32,000 nucleotides of DNA from Halorhodospira halophila SL1 (GCF_000015585.1 NC_008789.1:2190001-2222000), one strand, 5' to 3'. Shown: positions 8,423 to 16,376, numbered from the stretch's first letter. Numbers and translations: made by a program. Notes: generated by a model from the sequence alone, not told the origin.

Positions 8423-9395
8423 GCGGCGGTTCGGCCAGGGCGCCCAGCTGCTCGCGCAGCGCCAGCAGGTGCTCCTCCCAGTACCGGGGCTCAGCAAACC
8501 AGGGGAAGGCGCGGGGGAAGGCGGGATCCTCCCAGCGCTCCGCCAGCCACGCAGCGTGGCGTACCAGCCGCAGGGTGCGCAACGGCTCGATCAGGTGCAG
8601 CTCGCGCAGGTCGAGGTCGCAGAAGGTCCGGTACCCCTCGAGCACCGCCTCGAGGAAGGACTCGCGCTCGGCCCGCTCGCCGGGCAGCAGCATCCACAGA
8701 TCTTGGATGGCGGGACCGGTGCAGCTGTCGTCCAGGTCCACCAGGTGGAACCCCTCCTCGGTCTGCAGGACGTTGCCTGGGTGGAAGTCGCCGTGCAGAC
8801 GGATGGCGTGCACCGCCCCGGCCCGCTCCCAACAGGCGGCCATCGCCTCTAAGAGGTCGTCGGTGACCGTGCGGTACGCCTCCTCCAGGTGCGGCGGCAG
8901 CCAGTTTCCGGCCAGCAGCCAGTCCCGCGCCCGCCGGCCGTGGTCGCCCGGGTCGAGGCTGAGGCGATGATCGAAGGCCCCACCGCCACCCACGACGTGG
9001 ATCCGCCCCAGATAGGCCCCCAGGCGGCGGAGCACATCCCGGTTGTCCACCTCGAGCATGCGTCCGCCCCGCATGGGGTAGAGGGCAATGCGGAAACCGT
9101 GGCTGTGGGCCAGGGTCCCTGCCCCGCAGCGCAGCGGCGCTACCACCGGCACCTCGGCTGCCACCAACTCCTCGCTGAAGGCGTGCTCCTCGCGGATCTG
9201 CGCGTCGTCCCAGCGGTCGGGGCGGTAGAACTTGGCCACCACGGCCGGACCCCCCTCCACTCCGACCATGTACACCCGGTTCTCATAGCTGTTCAGGGGC
9301 AGTAGCCGGCCGTCGCTGCGTACCCCGCCCACGGCCTCGACCGCATTGAGGACGGTATCCGGATCCAGGGTCTCGAAGGGGTGGTGGGTTTCCAT
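8409..9395 (-). CDS. srkA: Stress response serine/threonine kinase SrkA (YihE/RdoA family)
   Basis: N-terminus FETLDPDTVLNAVEAVG...LPLNSYENRVYMV...AKFYRPDRW and catalytic region RLHGDFHPGNVL...LVDLDD match the YihE/aminoglycoside-phosphotransferase-like fold. The 3' end overlaps the convergent CDF gene by 14 nt. Confidence 0.88.
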   Translation of the reverse strand: METHHPFETLDPDTVLNAVEAVGGVRSDGRLLPLNSYENRVYMVGVEGGPAVVAKFYRPDRWDDAQIREEHAFSEELVAAEVPVVAPLRCGAGTLAHSHGFRIALYPMRGGRMLEVDNRDVLRRLGAYLGRIHVVGGGGAFDHRLSLDPGDHGRRARDWLLAGNWLPPHLEEAYRTVTDDLLEAMAACWERAGAVHAIRLHGDFHPGNVLQTEEGFHLVDLDDSCTGPAIQDLWMLLPGERAERESFLEAVLEGYRTFCDLDLRELHLIEPLRTLRLVRHAAWLAERWEDPAFPRAFPWFAEPRYWEEHLLALREQLGALAEPPLSAQ

Positions 9396-9530
9396 GGAGC
9401 GGCTCCTGCAGCAGGGCTTGGGTCACTTCGTTCGACCGGACGTCCCGGTCGGTGACGGGTCAGGGTAGCCCGCAGCCTGGTCGGCCGGCTATCCTTGGAC
9501 CCCTGAACGGTCAAGCAGGTGGAACATCCC

Positions 9531-9839
9531 ATGCGTATGCAGAACGTCGAGCGCGGGCCGATCGCTCGTGTGGCGGGCGTCATCGGGGCCATCGCCGTCA
9601 TCGCCCTGGCGGCGACGCTCGGCATCGTCATGCTGGCGGTCATGCTCGGTCTGGCGCTCATCGGTGCCGTGATCATCGCAGCGCGGACCTGGTGGCTGCG
9701 CCGCCAGATGCGTCGGGCCGCGGCCCGTGGCGAGGGTTTCGGCCACACCGCCCGCCCCGGGACACCGGCACACGGCCGGGTCATCGAAGGCGAATACAGT
9801 CGCGGCTCAAAGGACGACCCGCACCATCCGCGGCGTTGA
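9531..9839 (+). CDS. Small hypothetical membrane protein (two predicted TM helices, basic tail)
   Basis: High GC3 coding pattern. Hydrophobic stretch VAGVIGAIAVIALAATLGIVMLAVMLGLALIGAVIIAA followed by RTWWLRRQMRRAAARGE. AGGTGG lies ~10 nt upstream of ATG 9531; the track start at 9519 is GTG. Confidence 0.55.
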   Translation: MRMQNVERGPIARVAGVIGAIAVIALAATLGIVMLAVMLGLALIGAVIIAARTWWLRRQMRRAAARGEGFGHTARPGTPAHGRVIEGEYSRGSKDDPHHPRR

Positions 9840-9915
9840 GCCCGCCCCGGCGCAAGCGGCAGGAGCCGCCACGCCCCGGGGAGCGACCCGTTCGCCACAG
9901 GGGAGCTGAAACGGC

Positions 9916-10845
9916 GTGAAAGATCGTTTCACGGTCACCATCACCGACTTCCGCGGCGCCCGCCACTACTCGCTGCATCAGATCGCCAAGCGCTTCGCGC
10001 TGGCCCTGGCCGGAGCGGTGCTGTTGCTGCTGCTCGCCGGTGCCCTGGCCATCTACGCGCTCAACGACACGATCGATGAACTCGACCAGGTCCGCGCCGA
10101 GAAGGCGGAGGCCGCCCGCCAGATCGAGCTGCGCAACGAGCAGCTCCAGGATCTGGTCAGCGAACGCGAGCAGGAGATCCACCGCATGGATCTTGAACTC
10201 GGGCACATCGAGGCGCTGGTCGGGCTCGACCCGCAGCCCGAGGCCAACCGGCGCGAGCGACTCGACACCGCCAGCCAGACGGCGCTGGAAAAGGCGCTGA
10301 TGTTGCGGACGATCCCCAACGGCTGGCCCCTCAAGGAGGCGTCGCGGATCACCAGCGGCTACGGCTGGCGGACGCACCCGGTGACCGGCGAACGCTCCTT
10401 CCACGCCGCCGTCGATCTGCGCGCGCCGGTGGGCGAGAAGATCGTCGCCACTGCCGACGGCGTGGTCAACTACGCCGCCAAGCACCAGGGCAGCGGGCTC
10501 GGCAAGCTGGTCATCCTCGCCCACGACTTCGGCTTCCAGACCCACTACGCCCACCTGAGCAGGATCGAGGTCGAGACCGGCACGTTCGTCGAGGAGGGCG
10601 ACGTCATCGCCCGCTCCGGGGCCACGGGCAACGTCAACGGCCCCCACCTGCACTACGAGATCTGGCACACCCAGCGCAAGCTGAACCCGGAACCGTTTCT
10701 GGACTGGAGCCTGGACAACTATGAAGAGCTCTTTGAAGAAGAGGGCCGCGTAAAATGGGACTCATTGGCAAAGGGGATAAATCGAAGAGCCGAGGCCCTG
10801 GAACGACAGTTATCTGCGACGGCACGCGACTGGTCGGAGAACTGA
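9916..10845 (+). CDS. M23 (LytM-type) family metalloendopeptidase with N-terminal cytoplasmic peptide, one TM and a coiled coil
   Basis: Catalytic motifs are intact: HAAVD (HxxxD) and HLH in GPHLHYEIW (HxH). TM FALALAGAVLLLLLAGALAIYAL. Coiled coil DELDQVRAEKAEAARQIELRNEQLQDLVSEREQEI. GTG start. Confidence 0.9.
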   Translation: MKDRFTVTITDFRGARHYSLHQIAKRFALALAGAVLLLLLAGALAIYALNDTIDELDQVRAEKAEAARQIELRNEQLQDLVSEREQEIHRMDLELGHIEALVGLDPQPEANRRERLDTASQTALEKALMLRTIPNGWPLKEASRITSGYGWRTHPVTGERSFHAAVDLRAPVGEKIVATADGVVNYAAKHQGSGLGKLVILAHDFGFQTHYAHLSRIEVETGTFVEEGDVIARSGATGNVNGPHLHYEIWHTQRKLNPEPFLDWSLDNYEELFEEEGRVKWDSLAKGINRRAEALERQLSATARDWSEN

Positions 10846-11441
10846 CCCTGGAGTCGAACCTGCATCTGGACGGCCAGATCAAGGGCACCATCGTCTCGGA
10901 CCACGACGTCAGCATCGGTCATACCGGCCGCTTCGAGGGCAATATCAAGGCCCATCGGCTGCTGGTCAGCGGCTACGTCGAGGGGGTCATCGACTGCGCC
11001 AGCCTGGAGATCGTCGCCGAGGGACGGGTCTTCGGCGAGCTCCACAGCGATGACTTCATCATCGAGGCCGGCGGTCAGTTCCTCGGCGAGAGCCACCCCC
11101 GGCGCGAGGTGCCCTTGGCGGCGCTGCAGCACGAGGGCAGCCAAGCCTCCCAGCTGACCGGTCCGGCACAGCCCGAGTCCGATTCGGAGGCGACGCCCCA
11201 CCCTGACCCGGCGGCGGGCGCTGCCACCCGCGCTGAACCCGAAGCGGACCCGCCGCAGCCCGAGAGGCCGGACCCGGCGCCACGCCAACACGCCGAGCCA
11301 CCCCCGGACGACGCCTCCGGGACGACCGACGAGCCAACCCCCGACCCGGAGGACGAACCGGAGCAGGAAGCAGACTCCGAGCAGGAGCCATCCCGTCATT
11401 TCCGGCCCCAGCCCCGACAGACCTTCTGGGGACGACGCTGA
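10755..11441 (+). CDS. Bactofilin (DUF583 beta-helix) with a long Pro/Glu/Asp-rich C-terminal tail
   Basis: Repeating beta-helix pattern TVICDGTRLVGELTLESNLHLDGQIKGTIVSDHDVSIGHTGRFEGNIKAHRLLVSGYVEGVIDCASLEIVAEGRVFGEL. Lys-rich N-terminus MGLIGKGDKSKSRG. AGAGGG SD 9 nt upstream of the ATG. The first 91 nt overlap the M23 gene out of frame. Confidence 0.88.
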   Translation: MGLIGKGDKSKSRGPGTTVICDGTRLVGELTLESNLHLDGQIKGTIVSDHDVSIGHTGRFEGNIKAHRLLVSGYVEGVIDCASLEIVAEGRVFGELHSDDFIIEAGGQFLGESHPRREVPLAALQHEGSQASQLTGPAQPESDSEATPHPDPAAGAATRAEPEADPPQPERPDPAPRQHAEPPPDDASGTTDEPTPDPEDEPEQEADSEQEPSRHFRPQPRQTFWGRR

Positions 11442-11555
11442 TCGGTGGCGGCGCCGCCGGCCGCCTGTGCTAGCATGGCCGGCATCCGCTTGGGGATTCA
11501 GGGCACCTGAACGCCCAGAGAGAGACGGCGAACGGGCAACAGAGGGGGATACGCC

Positions 11556-12710
11556 GTGGAACGTTGCATTGGCCTGGACATGGGGTACGGGTTCATCAAG
11601 ATCGATGACGGCCGCGAGGGGCACGTATTCCCCAGCGTCGTCGGCGAGGGCGAATCGGGCATGCCGATGTCCCTGGGCGTGGCCCAGCGCAGCGGCAGCA
11701 GCGAGCTTCGCATCACCTACGGCGGCAAGAGCTACCTGCTCGGCGACTACGCCATCCGCCACTCCCGCCTGGCGCACCGGGGGCTGTCGCCCACCCGCGC
11801 CGAAGGGGACGACCTCAAGATCCTCTTCCTCGGTGCACTGAGCCTCTACGCCCGCGAGACCGTGAACAACTTCCACGTCGTCACCGGCCTGCCGCCGGGG
11901 CGCATGCACATGGCCGACGACCTGGTCCGCCAGCTGCGCGGCGACCATGAAGTCATCCGCCACGTGGGCGCGAGCCGCTTCGGGGTAAGCATCCGCCTGG
12001 AGCAGATTGAGGTGGTCCCGCAGCCGGTGGGCAGCTTCTGGGCCGAGGTGCTGGATGATCGGGGGCAGATCCGTGGTGATCACCCGCTGCTCAACGGCCG
12101 GGTCGGGATCATGGACATCGGCTTCCGGACCAGCGACTTCGCCACGGTCATCGATGGCGAGTACTCCCCGGGGTTCTGCAAGACGGTGCCGCTGGGCATC
12201 TCCTTCGGCTACGAGGAGATCGCCCAGGAGCTCTCTACCCAGTACGGGCTCGAGCGCGAGCAGTACACCCTGGACGAGGCCATCATCCAGGGGCAGGTGA
12301 ACGTCAACGGCCGCCCGGTGGACATCGTCGAGCTCCGCGATCGGATCTTCGGCGACATCGCCACCAAGCTGCTGGTCGAGGCGCGCTCGATGTGGCAGAT
12401 CCAGGAGTACGACCACATCATCATCACCGGCGGCGGCGGCCGGGTGCTTGAGCGCTACCTGCGTCCGGAACTCTCCCAGGCCCAGCTGGCCCAGGACTCC
12501 GTCACCGCCAACGCCCGCGGCTATTTCAACTGGGCCTACTTCAACGCCCAGCAGCGGGCCGCGGAGATGGGCCACGCCACGGAACAGAGTTCGGCAGAGG
12601 ACTACAGCTCCGGCAGCTACGGCACCGGGAGCACCACCTACAGCCGGGGGGGCGACGACGGCCGAGACAGCGCCGCCGTGCCGCAGTCGCGCAGCGGCAG
12701 CGAGGGCTGA
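11556..12710 (+). CDS. ParM/StbA-type actin-like ATPase (chromosomal, orphan)
   Basis: Actin-fold motifs in the correct order: phosphate-1 IGLDMGYGFIKI, connect-1 VVTGLPPG, phosphate-2 GIMDIGFRTSDFATV, adenosine HIIITGGGG, connect-2 ANARGYFNWA. Layout parallels R1 ParM as I recall it. GAGGGGG SD 8 nt before the GTG start. ~55-aa Ser/Gly/Tyr-rich tail. Confidence 0.8.
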   Translation: MERCIGLDMGYGFIKIDDGREGHVFPSVVGEGESGMPMSLGVAQRSGSSELRITYGGKSYLLGDYAIRHSRLAHRGLSPTRAEGDDLKILFLGALSLYARETVNNFHVVTGLPPGRMHMADDLVRQLRGDHEVIRHVGASRFGVSIRLEQIEVVPQPVGSFWAEVLDDRGQIRGDHPLLNGRVGIMDIGFRTSDFATVIDGEYSPGFCKTVPLGISFGYEEIAQELSTQYGLEREQYTLDEAIIQGQVNVNGRPVDIVELRDRIFGDIATKLLVEARSMWQIQEYDHIIITGGGGRVLERYLRPELSQAQLAQDSVTANARGYFNWAYFNAQQRAAEMGHATEQSSAEDYSSGSYGTGSTTYSRGGDDGRDSAAVPQSRSGSEG

Positions 12711-12754
12711 CCTCCTGCCGGCCGGGGCCTCGCCCCGGTGCCGGAACAGGCCAA

Positions 12755-12785
12755 GGGGCCGCGCCTCGGCGCGGCCCCTTTTTTT
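12755..12785 (+). terminator. Rho-independent terminator after the actin-like gene
   Basis: GGGGCCGCGC / GCGCGGCCCC perfect 10-bp stem, 4-nt loop, followed by seven Ts (12779-12785). A second 7-bp hairpin, CCGGGGC/GCCCCGG, lies at 12722-12738. Confidence 0.85.
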
Positions 12786-12802
12786 GATTGGGGCGGGTCA
12801 AT

Positions 12803-12870
12803 CTGCTGTTGCAACGCAGCACGGGCGGTGCTATGTTGCATCGCACAAGGCATGGCGAGCGGTCATGCCT
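12803..12870 (+). promoter_or_regulatory. Candidate operator/promoter/5'-UTR structure upstream of the phasin gene
   Basis: Two related palindromic elements share the core TGTTGCA-N-CGCA, spaced 27 bp apart: CTGC-T-GTTGCAAC-GCAG at 12803-12819, and GTGCTATG-TTG-CATCGCAC at 12828-12846 (7/8 arms). A further AGGCATG/CATGCCT hairpin lies at 12848-12870. All sit in the lowest-GC stretch of the window. Confidence 0.3.
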
Positions 12871-12898
12871 CGAGCAGCTTCAACAAGGAGAGAGACCC

Positions 12899-13366
12899 AT
12901 GCAAGACCAGCTCAACAAGTCCATGCAGCAGTTCCAGAAGATGATGGAGCCCAGCCGCAAGCTCAACGCGCTGCTCCTCGAGCACGCCGAGAAGGTGGCC
13001 CACCTGAACCTGGAAGCCGCCCGTTCCTACACCGATCTGGCCATGGAGCAGATGCGCAAGGCCATGGAGGTCCGGGACCCGGAGAGCTTCCAGAGCTACC
13101 TGAACGACCAGGGCAAGGTCGTCCAGACGATGAGCAACAAGCTCACGGAGAACGCCAGCACCCTGGCCGACATCAGCAAGAACATGGGCGAAGAGGTGCA
13201 GAAGATCGCCCAAGAGAACGTCTCCGCCCTCACCGAGACGATGCAGGGCCAGGCTGAGAAGGCCTCCGGCAAGGGCCGCAGCGCTGGCAGCAGTGCCGGT
13301 AGCAGCGCCTCTGCGGGTAGCAGCAGTGGCTCCGCTGCCTCCGGCAGCAGCAAGAAGTCCGCGTAA
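12899..13366 (+). CDS. phaP: Phasin family protein (PHA granule-associated)
   Basis: MQDQLNKSMQQFQKMMEPSRKLNALLLEHAEKVAHLNLEAARSYTDLAMEQMRKAMEVRDPESFQSYL is typical of the amphipathic phasin_2 type. AAGGAGAG SD precedes ATG 12899; the track ORF start at 12788 crosses the upstream terminator region. Ser/Ala/Gly-rich tail. Confidence 0.85.
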   Translation: MQDQLNKSMQQFQKMMEPSRKLNALLLEHAEKVAHLNLEAARSYTDLAMEQMRKAMEVRDPESFQSYLNDQGKVVQTMSNKLTENASTLADISKNMGEEVQKIAQENVSALTETMQGQAEKASGKGRSAGSSAGSSASAGSSSGSAASGSSKKSA

Positions 13367-13395
13367 CCCCCTCGGGGAGGCGCGGTGACGGAGTC

Positions 13396-13429
13396 GGTGC
13401 CCCGCGGGGCACCGGCTCCTTTGTGTTTT
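13396..13429 (+). terminator. Rho-independent terminator after the phasin gene, in the gap shared with convergent purD
   Basis: Perfect 18-nt palindrome GGTGCCCCGCGGGGCACC followed by the T-rich GGCTCCTTTGTGTTTT. The T tract is on the + strand only. Confidence 0.7.
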
Positions 13430-13459
13430 CAGCCCCGTAGGGCGAGACCTACCCCGCGG

Positions 13460-14749
13460 TCAGCCGGTCTCCCGGGCGATGGCCCGCGCACCGATATCCC
13501 GCCGGTAGAACACCCCTTCCCAATGGATGGCCGCCACCCCCCGGTAGGCCGCCTGCTGCGCTGCAGAGACACGCTCACCCAGCGCGCAACAGCACAGCAC
13601 CCGCCCCCCGTTGGTCACCACACGGCCGTCGGCGTCGAAGGTCGTGCCGCCGTGGAAGACCTTGCAGCCGGTGGCCTCGGCGTCGTCGAGCCCTTCGATG
13701 ACATCGCCCCGCTCCACCGACCCTGGATAGCCGGCCGCCGCCATCACCACGCCCACAGCAGGACGCGAGTCCCAGGCCAGATCCACCTCGCCCAGTCGCC
13801 CCTCGAGGGCGGCCCGGCAGACTTCGGCAAAATCCGCGTCCAGGCGCATCAACAGCGGCTGCGCCTCCGGGTCACCCAGGCGGCAGTTGTACTCCAGCAC
13901 CCGGGGGTTGCCGTCGGCGTCGATCATCAGTCCGGCGTAGAGGAAGCCCTGATAGGGGCGCCCCTCGGCGGCCAGCCCCTGGACCGTGGGGCGGATCACC
14001 TCGTCCATGACCCGCTGGTAGAGCTGCTCATCCATCAGCGGCGCCGGCGAATAGGCCCCCATACCACCGGTGTTGGGGCCCCGATCTCCGTCGTCCCGCG
14101 GCTTGTGATCCTGGGAGCTGGCCATCGCCACCACGTGCTCGCCATCGACCAGCGCGATGAAGCTCAGCTCCTCGCCCTGCAGGCACTCCTCGACCACGAC
14201 CCGCGCGCCGGCATCCCCGAAGGCCTGCCCCGAGAGCATGCGCTCGGCCGCCAATAGGGCCTCGTCCTTGGTCGCCGCCACCTCGACCCCCTTGCCGGAG
14301 GCCAGGCCGTCCGCCTTGATGACCATCGGCGTCGAGTGCTCGCGGATATAGTCGCTGGCCGCCCCCAGGTCGTCGAAGGTGCGGTAGGCGGCCGTTGGCA
14401 CCCCGTGACGCGCCATGAACGCCTTGGCAAACGCCTTCGAGCCCTCCAGCTCGGCGGCGTCCGCCGTCGGCCCCAGACACGCCAGACCCGCCTGCTGGAA
14501 GGCGTCCACCACGCCGGCCACCAGGGGCGCCTCGGGGCCGACCACGGTCAAAGCCACCTCCTGCTCGCGGGCCTGTTGGACCAGCGCGGGGATATCCTCC
14601 GCCCCCACCTGGATGTTGCGCACCTTGGGCTCGCGCTCCGTGCCGGCATTCCCCGGGGCGACCAGCACCTCCTCGACCTGCTTGGAGCGCGCCAGGGCCC
14701 AGGCCATGGCGTGCTCGCGGCCGCCCCCTCCGATCACCAGTACCTTCAT
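13460..14749 (-). CDS. purD: Phosphoribosylamine--glycine ligase
   Basis: MKVLVIGGGGREHAMAWALARS..., an ATP-grasp core, and the C-terminus GGRVLCCCALGE...AYRGVAAIHWEGVFYRRDIG. Full-length PurD pattern. Confidence 0.97.
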   Translation of the reverse strand: MKVLVIGGGGREHAMAWALARSKQVEEVLVAPGNAGTEREPKVRNIQVGAEDIPALVQQAREQEVALTVVGPEAPLVAGVVDAFQQAGLACLGPTADAAELEGSKAFAKAFMARHGVPTAAYRTFDDLGAASDYIREHSTPMVIKADGLASGKGVEVAATKDEALLAAERMLSGQAFGDAGARVVVEECLQGEELSFIALVDGEHVVAMASSQDHKPRDDGDRGPNTGGMGAYSPAPLMDEQLYQRVMDEVIRPTVQGLAAEGRPYQGFLYAGLMIDADGNPRVLEYNCRLGDPEAQPLLMRLDADFAEVCRAALEGRLGEVDLAWDSRPAVGVVMAAAGYPGSVERGDVIEGLDDAEATGCKVFHGGTTFDADGRVVTNGGRVLCCCALGERVSAAQQAAYRGVAAIHWEGVFYRRDIGARAIARETG

Positions 14750-14772
14750 CCTTTACCTCGCTTGGGCCGCGT

Positions 14773-16356
14773 TCAGTGGCGGAAGTGGCGCATCCCGGTG
14801 AAGACCATGGCCAGACCGTGCTCGTCGGCGGCATCGATGACCTCCTGATCCCGCATCGAGCCACCGGGCTGGATCACGGCGGCGGCGCCGGCCTCGGCAG
14901 CCTGATCGACGCCGTCGCGGAACGGGAAGAAGGCGTCAGAGGCCAGGACCGAGCCCTGCAGCGCCAGGCCCGCATCGGCCGCCTTCTCGCAGGCAATACG
15001 GGTACTGAAGACACGGCTCATCTGCCCGGCCCCCACGCCGAGGGTGCGCTGCCCGCCGGCGAAAACGATGGCGTTGGACTTCACGTGCCGCACCACCTCC
15101 CAGGCGAAGCGCAGGTCGGCCCACTCGGCATCGGTGGGCTGGCGCTTGGTGACCACCCGCAGGTCGGCCGGATCAACCACCGCGGTGTCCCGGTCCTGCA
15201 CCAGGAGGCCGCCACGCACCCGCTTGAGCTCCAGATCCGCGCCCGGATGCTGCGGCCAGCGGCCGGTCTGCAGGACTCGCACGTTGGCCTTGGCGGCGAA
15301 GCGCGACAGGGCTTCGTCACTGACCTCCGGGGCGATGACCACCTCGACGAACTGGCGATCGAGGATGGCGCCGGCCAGCTCGGCGTCGACGGTATCGTTG
15401 AAGGCGATGATGCCGCCGAAGGCGGAGGTCGGATCGACCTCGAAGGCCCGGTCGTAGGCCTCCCGCAACGTCCCCGAGCAGGCCACGCCGCAGGGATTGG
15501 CGTGCTTGACGATGACGCAGGCCGGCGTCTGGAAGCCCTTGACGCACTCCAGGGCGGCGTCGGTGTCGGCCACGTTGTTGTACGACAGGGCCTTACCCTG
15601 GAGCTGGCGGGCGGTGGACACGCTGGCCTCGCCGGGAGCGACATCGCGATAGAAGGCAGCGGATTGATGGGGGTTCTCGCCGTAACGCATGTCGGCGACC
15701 TTCTCCACCTGGAGCGTCCAGATCGCCGGGAAATCGCCCTGCTGCTCGCCCTGTTCGTCGCGCTGGCTCAGGTAGGCAGCGATGGCGCCGTCGTAGCGCG
15801 CGGTGTGGCTGAACGCTCGGGTCGCCAGATGGTGGCGCAGGGCGCGGCTGGTCCCGCCAAGGCGCTGGAGCTCATCGAGGACCAGGCCATAGGCCGACGA
15901 CTCGGTCACCACCGCCACGTCGGCGTGGTTCTTGGCGGCCGCACGGATCATCGCCGGCCCGCCGACATCGATATTCTCGATGGCGTCGGTCAAGGTGCAG
16001 CCCTCGGCGGCCACGGCCTGCTCGAAGGGGTAGAGGTTGACGCAAAGCAGATCGATGGGACCAATGCCGTGCTCGTCCATGACCGCGTCATCCGTGCCGC
16101 GCCGGCCCAGCAGCCCGCCGTGGATGCGCGGATGCAGGGTCTTGACGCGACCGTCCATGATCTCCGGGAAGCCGGTCTCGGCCGAGACCTCCCGCACCGG
16201 GATCCCGGCCTCACCCAGCAGGCGGGCCGTACCACCGGTCGAGAGGATCTCGACGCCTTGCTCATGCAGGGCGCGGGCAAAGCCCTCCACCCCGCTCTTA
16301 TCGGAAACGCTGATCAGGGCCCGCCGCAGGGGCCGCACGCCGTCGTTGGTCGCCAT
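14773..16356 (-). CDS. purH: Bifunctional AICAR formyltransferase / IMP cyclohydrolase
   Basis: [20 protein letters not shown]...GGTARLL...[13 protein letters not shown]...[10 protein letters not shown] and the C-terminus ...GMRHFRH. Located 23 nt upstream of purD. Confidence 0.97.
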   Translation of the reverse strand: MATNDGVRPLRRALISVSDKSGVEGFARALHEQGVEILSTGGTARLLGEAGIPVREVSAETGFPEIMDGRVKTLHPRIHGGLLGRRGTDDAVMDEHGIGPIDLLCVNLYPFEQAVAAEGCTLTDAIENIDVGGPAMIRAAAKNHADVAVVTESSAYGLVLDELQRLGGTSRALRHHLATRAFSHTARYDGAIAAYLSQRDEQGEQQGDFPAIWTLQVEKVADMRYGENPHQSAAFYRDVAPGEASVSTARQLQGKALSYNNVADTDAALECVKGFQTPACVIVKHANPCGVACSGTLREAYDRAFEVDPTSAFGGIIAFNDTVDAELAGAILDRQFVEVVIAPEVSDEALSRFAAKANVRVLQTGRWPQHPGADLELKRVRGGLLVQDRDTAVVDPADLRVVTKRQPTDAEWADLRFAWEVVRHVKSNAIVFAGGQRTLGVGAGQMSRVFSTRIACEKAADAGLALQGSVLASDAFFPFRDGVDQAAEAGAAAVIQPGGSMRDQEVIDAADEHGLAMVFTGMRHFRH

Positions 16357-16376
16357 ATTGGATTGTCCGGGTTGGT

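Noticed and set aside
7351-8970. 539-aa + strand alternative-frame ORF across the CDF and srkA genes, plus the 7418-8497 - strand ORF
   Set aside because: Extreme Arg/Pro/Gly content. They cross a convergent gene junction, and the annotated frames have clear CDF and YihE signatures.
9421-9456. Nested inverted repeats (GTCAC...GACCGG-ACGTC-CCGGTC...GTGAC) in the srkA / small-ORF divergent region
   Set aside because: The arms are only 5-6 bp with asymmetric spacers in GC-rich DNA, which is too weak to call a regulatory site.
10719-12575. 618-aa ORF on the - strand, antisense to the bactofilin and actin-like genes
   Set aside because: A typical high-GC shadow ORF. Its Arg/Gly/Ala/Pro/Leu-rich translation has no recognisable motifs, and it runs straight through the 114-nt intergenic spacer. 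The + strand ORFs carry clear domain signatures and SD sequences.
11442-12785. Plasmid-type ParMRC partition cassette
   Set aside because: There is no ParR-like small gene downstream (a terminator follows directly) and no iterated parC repeats in the upstream 114 nt. The flanking genes are chromosomal housekeeping genes.
12788-12898. Longer N-terminal extensions given by the ORF track for the phasin (12788), ppa (19705) and the DUF3426 protein (17790)
   Set aside because: The extensions lack SDs, have atypical composition and cross a terminator or an upstream gene. Internal starts with good SDs give N-termini matching the families.
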